Below, piece after piece: positions 59,190 through 64,000 of a DNA stretch of 64,000 nt (positions are counted from its first letter, which is position 1; every line of letters begins with the position of its first letter). Source of the DNA: a virus (lineage: Duplodnaviria; Caudoviricetes); IMG/VR virus record IMGVR_UViG_3300025600_000004, positions 15,564 through 79,563 of that record, one strand, 5' to 3'. The position numbers and the translations under genes were made by a program. The notes under the pieces are model-generated. The model saw only the letters and a program-made list of their open reading frames with translations. It ran no database searches and was not told where the DNA came from.

Positions 59190-59739
59190 ACTCCTCTTAG
59201 TAAACTTCGGGAAACAAGGTATTTCATAGTTAATTCAGTACACCACATAGTATAAACGCTGTTTAGTCCAGGACATTGCAGGGGATAGGCTATGTTATAC
59301 TTTGTCCCATTTGCGGTTATGGGATAACCAGTATCACTTAGCATACTAGGCAAGTCTTAGTTACCTATGTACACCTTAAACTCTGTCTTAGCAGTCTATG
59401 CAACATTCACGGTTTCCAGTAAATCCTCCATAGGACACTAAGCGCGTCCTAGACAATCCTTCGTATCATAGTGCTTCACCTCCTTTGTAGTTCGATGTCC
59501 TCCTTGGGTTGATCATTGGGTTCACCTGCTTTCGTTGGTAGCTATAGTTACATGGAATAATGCCTTGATAATAATGTATCTATACGCAGCCTTTGGCATT
59601 CTGTGAGTCCATCGTAACCCTTGGCTATCTCAGTATTAAGGAGAATGTCGAGTTCTTTGAGTTCGTCACTGGTTAACATTGCTATCACCGATCCTTTATG
59701 TATATTCTATGGAGTCCGTTGTTTCTTTGACTTGATTAC

Positions 59740-59778
59740 ATTGTATCATATGATGGGCAGTGTGTCAATATGTTTCTT
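59740..59778 (-). promoter_or_regulatory. Leftward sigma70-type promoter
   Basis: - strand AAGAAACATA-TTGACA-17-TACAAT. Confidence 0.7.
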
Positions 59779-59781
59779 TGA

Positions 59782-60156
59782 TTATTCAGGAATTATTAAG
59801 CCTTTACTTTGTATCATTTGCCTAAATCCTTTGATAACTTCGATACGTGCATCGGCTTGCTTCTGTGAATCGCTACTGTAATTCACTTCTTCCATATACC
59901 AATCAATGGCACTTTGTGTACATACTACTTTGTTACCTTTGTAGTCGCAGATATCATTCCAACAATTATGCATATACTCAGATTCTAAGATAACAGAGTT
60001 TTCTATAGGTACATATAAGAGGCTAAGGTCATTCATTAGTGTTCTAAGCCCTGTTAGTGTGTCACTGTTAACATAGTTGTTCAGTTTGTAGTATGTGTAA
60101 TACTGTTTATATACTTCACTTATCTTAGATACATCTTGCTTATTCATTGTTAACAC
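59782..60156 (-). CDS. Hypothetical protein
   Basis: First ORF after leftward promoter at 60188-60226. Confidence 0.55.
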   Translation of the reverse strand: MLTMNKQDVSKISEVYKQYYTYYKLNNYVNSDTLTGLRTLMNDLSLLYVPIENSVILESEYMHNCWNDICDYKGNKVVCTQSAIDWYMEEVNYSSDSQKQADARIEVIKGFRQMIQSKGLIIPE

Positions 60157-60187
60157 CTACTTTCAATGTGTTCTTTAACTTGTCTTT

Positions 60188-60226
60188 ATTATATCATAGT
60201 TAGTCTATAGTGTCAATATGTTTCTT
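60188..60226 (-). promoter_or_regulatory. Leftward sigma70-type promoter
   Basis: - strand AAGAAACATA-TTGACA-17-TATAAT. Confidence 0.8.
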
Positions 60227-61076
60227 TGCAATATTATGATATTCTTCGCATCATAGGAAACATTGTATCATTGATGGCGTGGCTATACGTGGAGGTCGTA
60301 GTATCAGTGTACAGCATAGTAGGTCAGTGAGGTCGTGGCAGGTCGTAGATAGACAGGGTATAGCGTAGTATGGGCGTAGGCTGCATAGGTAGGGTACGAT
60401 GGTAAGTCGTAGGTGTCAGAGGACTGCTATGGAGTCGATGTATGTCTATGCAGTCATGGGATAGTGCCATTGTCTGACAATGATCTAGTTATGAGAACTA
60501 GGTGTGCTAGGGTTGTGCATCGGTAAATTGTCTGACTATTATACCATACCATGCACATGTGAATGGTCGCTCATATGACATTGTACATACGCAGACCCTC
60601 GGCTCACATCGGACACACTGTCAGCAACATGGGCATAACATAGGCTAGACAGTGCCTGTCGATGGATCAATCTGAGTTCTAACTATGCAATTCTAAGTAA
60701 CGATAACGAAACATTATCGCTAGTTAGGATCGTGGAAAGCCTTGTATTCCGTGGCTTCATGGTGGGTGCGGTGATATTTCACTGACCAAACTGGGAGACC
60801 TTGACAGCGACGACGCGGGTATTGTCCCTCGGCAATCTGCGTCCCAAACTTCGCTAAATCATAGAATACAGGGAGTGATACTATGTTATTCATCGTGATA
60901 GGGTAGGGTGATCTTGGGCATACTAAAGTACCTAAGAACCCGCAGTACACCTACGTTTCCATAGAATATTTTGGAATTTACTAGGATGTTACAGTGCCCA
61001 TCGGTGATAAACTCCGTGCAAACCAACGTAGTTCCTAGGCTGACGGTACATTCCATAGAATAAACTATATGTTACA

Positions 61077-61113
61077 AAGAAACATTGACACAGTGATGGC
61101 GATGTGCTAAACT
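61077..61113 (+). promoter_or_regulatory. Rightward sigma70-type promoter
   Basis: AAGAAACA-TTGACA(61085)-17-TAAACT. Confidence 0.7.
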
Positions 61114-61148
61114 AAGGGTACGAAGAATACAGAGGACGGTGTTAAGCA

Positions 61149-61733
61149 ATGGAATTCGTTGAGCCGATCAAAGACAAAGCAAAGATAGCAAAGATGAAAC
61201 ATTGTTTGAAACATGGATATGGCAAGAAACAGGGGAGCCTCAGAGATTGGCTATTGTTCACACTCGGTATCTCAAGTGGCCTTCGAATCAGTGACCTACT
61301 CAAGCTGACAGTGGAGGACGTAGATGGCATGGATCGTCTCAGTATCCAAGAGACTAAGACTGGGAAGCCCAAGGATTTCCCATTGAGACCAATATGCAAA
61401 GATGCTATCAATGAGTACCTCAGTACACCTGGCATCCCTAAGACTGGTGCATTGTTCCCAAGTCGCAAGGGCGGAACTTCGATTAGTCGCCAGCAAGCCT
61501 ATGACATTATCAATGGAGCAGCATTGGAAGCCAAGGTGATTACTAAGACTAACGGCGTACACATTGGAACTCACTCACTCAGAAAAACAATGTCCTATCA
61601 TCTGTACAACGCTGGTGTAGGCATAGAAATTATCATGGATATGCTGAATCATTCTTCGATTAAGACTACGATGAAGTACATAGGGATTACTAGGGAGACT
61701 ATGGATGCAGCGTATCTTAGCTTAGATATCTAA
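61149..61733 (+). CDS. Stand-alone tyrosine recombinase (catalytic domain only, Xer/resolvase-like)
   Basis: SGLRISDLL, K, GTHSLRKT, LNHSS, TMKYIG: complete R-K-H-R-H-Y set. Confidence 0.9.
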   Translation: MEFVEPIKDKAKIAKMKHCLKHGYGKKQGSLRDWLLFTLGISSGLRISDLLKLTVEDVDGMDRLSIQETKTGKPKDFPLRPICKDAINEYLSTPGIPKTGALFPSRKGGTSISRQQAYDIINGAALEAKVITKTNGVHIGTHSLRKTMSYHLYNAGVGIEIIMDMLNHSSIKTTMKYIGITRETMDAAYLSLDI

Positions 61734-61771
61734 AGAAACATGTTGACACAGTGAATAGACTATGTTAAACT
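61733..61771 (+). promoter_or_regulatory. sigma70-type promoter
   Basis: AAGAAACATG-TTGACA(61743)-17-TAAACT. Confidence 0.7.
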
Positions 61772-62304
61772 ATAAGAAGCAGCAGTGTTCCCTTTGGAGT
61801 CAAAGTGAACATTGGTTTTCCTATGGGTACGTTGTTTCCTGGAGTTTCCGAAGAATACAAAGGAGGTATACTATGATACTCACAGAAGCAGAGAAATTCA
61901 GAGTTAACAAAGTAACCAAAGAAATAGCTAGGGAAGGCATTAGACCAATGTATGTCAAAGGAGTCAGTGTTGGCGATGTATCCGTAGATATAAAGCTAGG
62001 TGACACTAAGTTGCGACTGCGGATGGAGAAGGGATACTATATGAACTGTGGTCACTTTGTACATGGATGGAAACTCTATGTAGGTAATGTTCACATCAGT
62101 GAATCCGATGACGGTCAATGGTGGGACACTGTACGCGATGAGATTCCAAAGCTAGAACAGTTAGTCATTGATTATTACAAGACTATCGATGACAGGCAAA
62201 GGGAAGATAAAGAACACCGCGATCAACAAAGAGCCAGAGAATTGCAACGTGCCGAAGACTATCTCAATGGGTGGCGATGGTGGAAACCTTGGTGGAAGGG
62301 TTAA
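61762..62304 (+). CDS. Hypothetical protein (likely start MILTEAEK after GGAGG near 61873)
   Basis: RBS follows motif copy; stop abuts next motif copy. Confidence 0.55.
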   Translation: MLNYKKQQCSLWSQSEHWFSYGYVVSWSFRRIQRRYTMILTEAEKFRVNKVTKEIAREGIRPMYVKGVSVGDVSVDIKLGDTKLRLRMEKGYYMNCGHFVHGWKLYVGNVHISESDDGQWWDTVRDEIPKLEQLVIDYYKTIDDRQREDKEHRDQQRARELQRAEDYLNGWRWWKPWWKG

Positions 62305-62375
62305 CTACGCCCTCCCTGTTTCCCAAAGTTTCCTGCGTATCCAATGAATCCAAAGTATAAGGAGGAAGAACCAAT

Positions 62376-62882
62376 ATGATATACCTATATCTTACATCGA
62401 TAATCATGGCTAACGTAGTAACTGCTCAGTTTGCACCGTTGAACTTTGGTTGGTGCATAGTTCCCTATGGTACATTCATCATAGGACTCACATTCATCTT
62501 CAGAGACTTAGTGCAACAAAGAATAGGCCGACGTAAAACCTATGGAGTCATCGGACTAGCATTGGTACTCTCAGCAGTAACCTCAGCAATACTTGGCGAT
62601 CCACTGACCATCGTAATAGCATCTGCGGTTACCTTTGCCTTCTCTGAAACCGCGGATACTGAGATATTCACTAGACTACGTGGAACATTCATAGAGAAGG
62701 TACTATACAGCAGCGTAATCGGTGGCATAGTAGACTCAAGCATCTTCGTCATCATTGGATTGTCACCGTTTGGCGCAGGGTTCCTAAGTTGGTCACAGGT
62801 TCCCCTGGCAATACTAGGGCAAATCTTAGTAAAGACATTGATGCAACTAGGGAGTGTCATTGCCATCCGTAGGTTTATGTGA
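62376..62882 (+). CDS. VUT/YhhQ-family queuosine-precursor transporter
   Basis: ANVV, GTFIIGLTFIFRDLVQ, ASAVTFAFSETADTEIF, DSSIFVIIGL; multi-TM. Confidence 0.85.
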   Translation: MIYLYLTSIIMANVVTAQFAPLNFGWCIVPYGTFIIGLTFIFRDLVQQRIGRRKTYGVIGLALVLSAVTSAILGDPLTIVIASAVTFAFSETADTEIFTRLRGTFIEKVLYSSVIGGIVDSSIFVIIGLSPFGAGFLSWSQVPLAILGQILVKTLMQLGSVIAIRRFM

Positions 62883-63622
62883 AGGTATTCCTTGCTGGCG
62901 TAGATCGCCTTAGTTTCCTGCCTTTACTATGGAACAATGGAGCCCGAAGGATTCTCATAAACTACTGGGACTGGCGTAATCGCTTCCACAAACTCATCCC
63001 AGAGTTACAGAAGTATAACTTTGAAGTACTGTTGGATTCTGGAGCATATGTCAAAGCTGCCAAGATTAATGTTAAGGATTACGCAGAATTCCTAGGCAAA
63101 TACAAAGATTACTTCTGTGGATACTTCAACCTAGATTCACTGTATGCCGATGATAACGTAGCGGTGTCGATGGACAACCAGGAATACTTAGAGTCCCAAG
63201 GTTTAACTCCGATACCAGTGTATCACTTCGGAGAACCCATAGAAGTGCTCCATGAATTGTTGCATAGTCATAGTCACATCGGCATCGGTGGTTGTGCGAG
63301 GAAATCTAGTAATACCGTGGATGCGTGGTTGAAGACATTGGAGCTACATAGATATTCGTGGGTACAATGGCATGTGCTGGGAATTACTGCAAAGTCAGTC
63401 CTTGAGAATAACCCAAGCATCACCAGTGTTGACTCTACGAAGTGGTTGGTAGGTCGCAGGTTTGGTATGCTGGTTAATGAAAGTGGCGTAGGACAAACAC
63501 CGAGCAAGTTAGGGAACGATGAAATGACTAAGATAAACATTGAGTGGCATTTGAAGCTGGAGGTGCTCTTGCATCAATCCAAAGGTATTCCTATGCCCAG
63601 TGTGTTTCCGAAAGTTTCCTAG
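62879..63622 (+). CDS. TGT/DpdA-like TIM-barrel (7-deazaguanine transglycosylase candidate), no C-terminal Zn site
   Basis: LLDSGAY, YFNLD, IPVYHFGE, HIGIGG, WHVLG, SVDST; coupled to VUT gene. Confidence 0.65.
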   Translation: MKVFLAGVDRLSFLPLLWNNGARRILINYWDWRNRFHKLIPELQKYNFEVLLDSGAYVKAAKINVKDYAEFLGKYKDYFCGYFNLDSLYADDNVAVSMDNQEYLESQGLTPIPVYHFGEPIEVLHELLHSHSHIGIGGCARKSSNTVDAWLKTLELHRYSWVQWHVLGITAKSVLENNPSITSVDSTKWLVGRRFGMLVNESGVGQTPSKLGNDEMTKINIEWHLKLEVLLHQSKGIPMPSVFPKVS

Positions 63623-63648
63623 GAGTACGAAGAATAAGGAGTGATTCA

Positions 63649-64000
63649 ATGACAGAAACATTGTCACCACTGGAACAAGCCTACGACGAGCAAGCCACGG
63701 AACTCAGAGGATACGTCGAATTAAACACTGAACTCACAGAACGTCTAAGTCACATAGAGTCCATCCAAGAGTGCATAGCAGTACAAAATGAAGAACGCAG
63801 GGTTAATAGAGCTGCTCAGTATGCCAAGAGACAATCAATGGACACTGAGAAATTCATCAAGATATTTCCAAAGAAGCTAAGGAACATCGAAGTGGCTCGG
63901 AGTGACAAAGACATCTCATTCTCAGACATAGGCAAGCTAATGATACTCTGTGGAAGCCTTCAGAAGGACACTGGCAAAATCATTAATGCCGAGGGCAACC
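63649..64000 (+). CDS. Hypothetical protein, 3'-truncated by window end
   Basis: AAGGAG RBS; MTETLSPLEQAYDEQ... open to end. Confidence 0.55.
   Translation, partial: MTETLSPLEQAYDEQATELRGYVELNTELTERLSHIESIQECIAVQNEERRVNRAAQYAKRQSMDTEKFIKIFPKKLRNIEVARSDKDISFSDIGKLMILCGSLQKDTGKIINAEGN

Larger units (their letters stand above)
17903..63619. repeat. Dispersed 28-bp asymmetric motif family, 21 copies (consensus cTAYG-N7-TGTTKCYNRRAGTTTCC)
   Basis: + copies start at 17903, 18037, 22071, 25867, 26821, 28422, 29136, 29880, 30913, 37546, 41158, 42930, 44456, 46841, 52829, 61822, 62306, 63592; - copies span 57656-57683, 58583-58610 and (degenerate) 59200-59228. Confidence 0.95.

Noticed and set aside
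17903-63619. 28-bp repeats as a CRISPR array
   Set aside because: Copies are degenerate, separated by hundreds to thousands of bases containing whole genes, occur on both strands, and no cas genes are present
17903-63619. 28-bp repeats as integron attC sites (TAAC...GTT ends, recombinase present)
   Set aside because: No internal inverted repeat or foldable hairpin, and 61149 shows no evident IntI-specific insertion; kept only as a loose cassette hypothesis
17903-63619. Motif as a family of micro-ORFs (MPTxFPKVS)
   Set aside because: Two copies have ACG instead of ATG, no SD precedes it, and conservation follows a 10-bp DNA periodicity rather than codons
1-64000. tRNA/rRNA genes
   Set aside because: No cloverleaf or T-loop signature noticed by eye; tRNAscan-SE/ARAGORN would be needed to exclude them

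Overview
The window is most of a temperate siphovirus-type phage genome. It is probably from a diderm Firmicute (Negativicutes-like) host; this is inferred from the lysis and secreted-protein repertoire and the Firmicutes-type SD and SOS signals, not proven. Layout: 1-13.8 kb is tail morphogenesis (major tail, frameshifted chaperone, tape measure, lambda-like K/M/L/J tip, fibre); 13.8-16.5 kb is an SGNH moron plus lysis cassette; 16.6-53.8 kb holds early/replication genes (intein-containing DnaE, repressor-xis-attP-int, ProQ/FinO-like protein, Rha, SSB, ligase, primase-helicase, exonuclease, class III RNR, ThyX, dUTPase); 53.8-60.2 kb is a mostly leftward regulatory/anti-restriction block (ArdA); 61-64 kb carries a tyrosine recombinase, VUT transporter and TGT/DpdA-like gene. 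attP is intact, so this looks like the non-integrated form. The most striking unexplained structure is a 28-bp asymmetric motif (C)TAYG-N7-TGTTKCYNRRAGTTTCC. It occurs 21 times, always oriented with transcription, mostly between a stop codon and the next RBS, and was not seen in the structural module. Also notable: a class III RNR whose glycyl-radical loop is a separate 39-aa peptide, followed by a 59-aa ferredoxin:thioredoxin-reductase-like gene; a ProQ/FinO-domain protein near a candidate sRNA; and several genes that appear to need non-canonical start codons. All calls were made by eye; no database searches were run.
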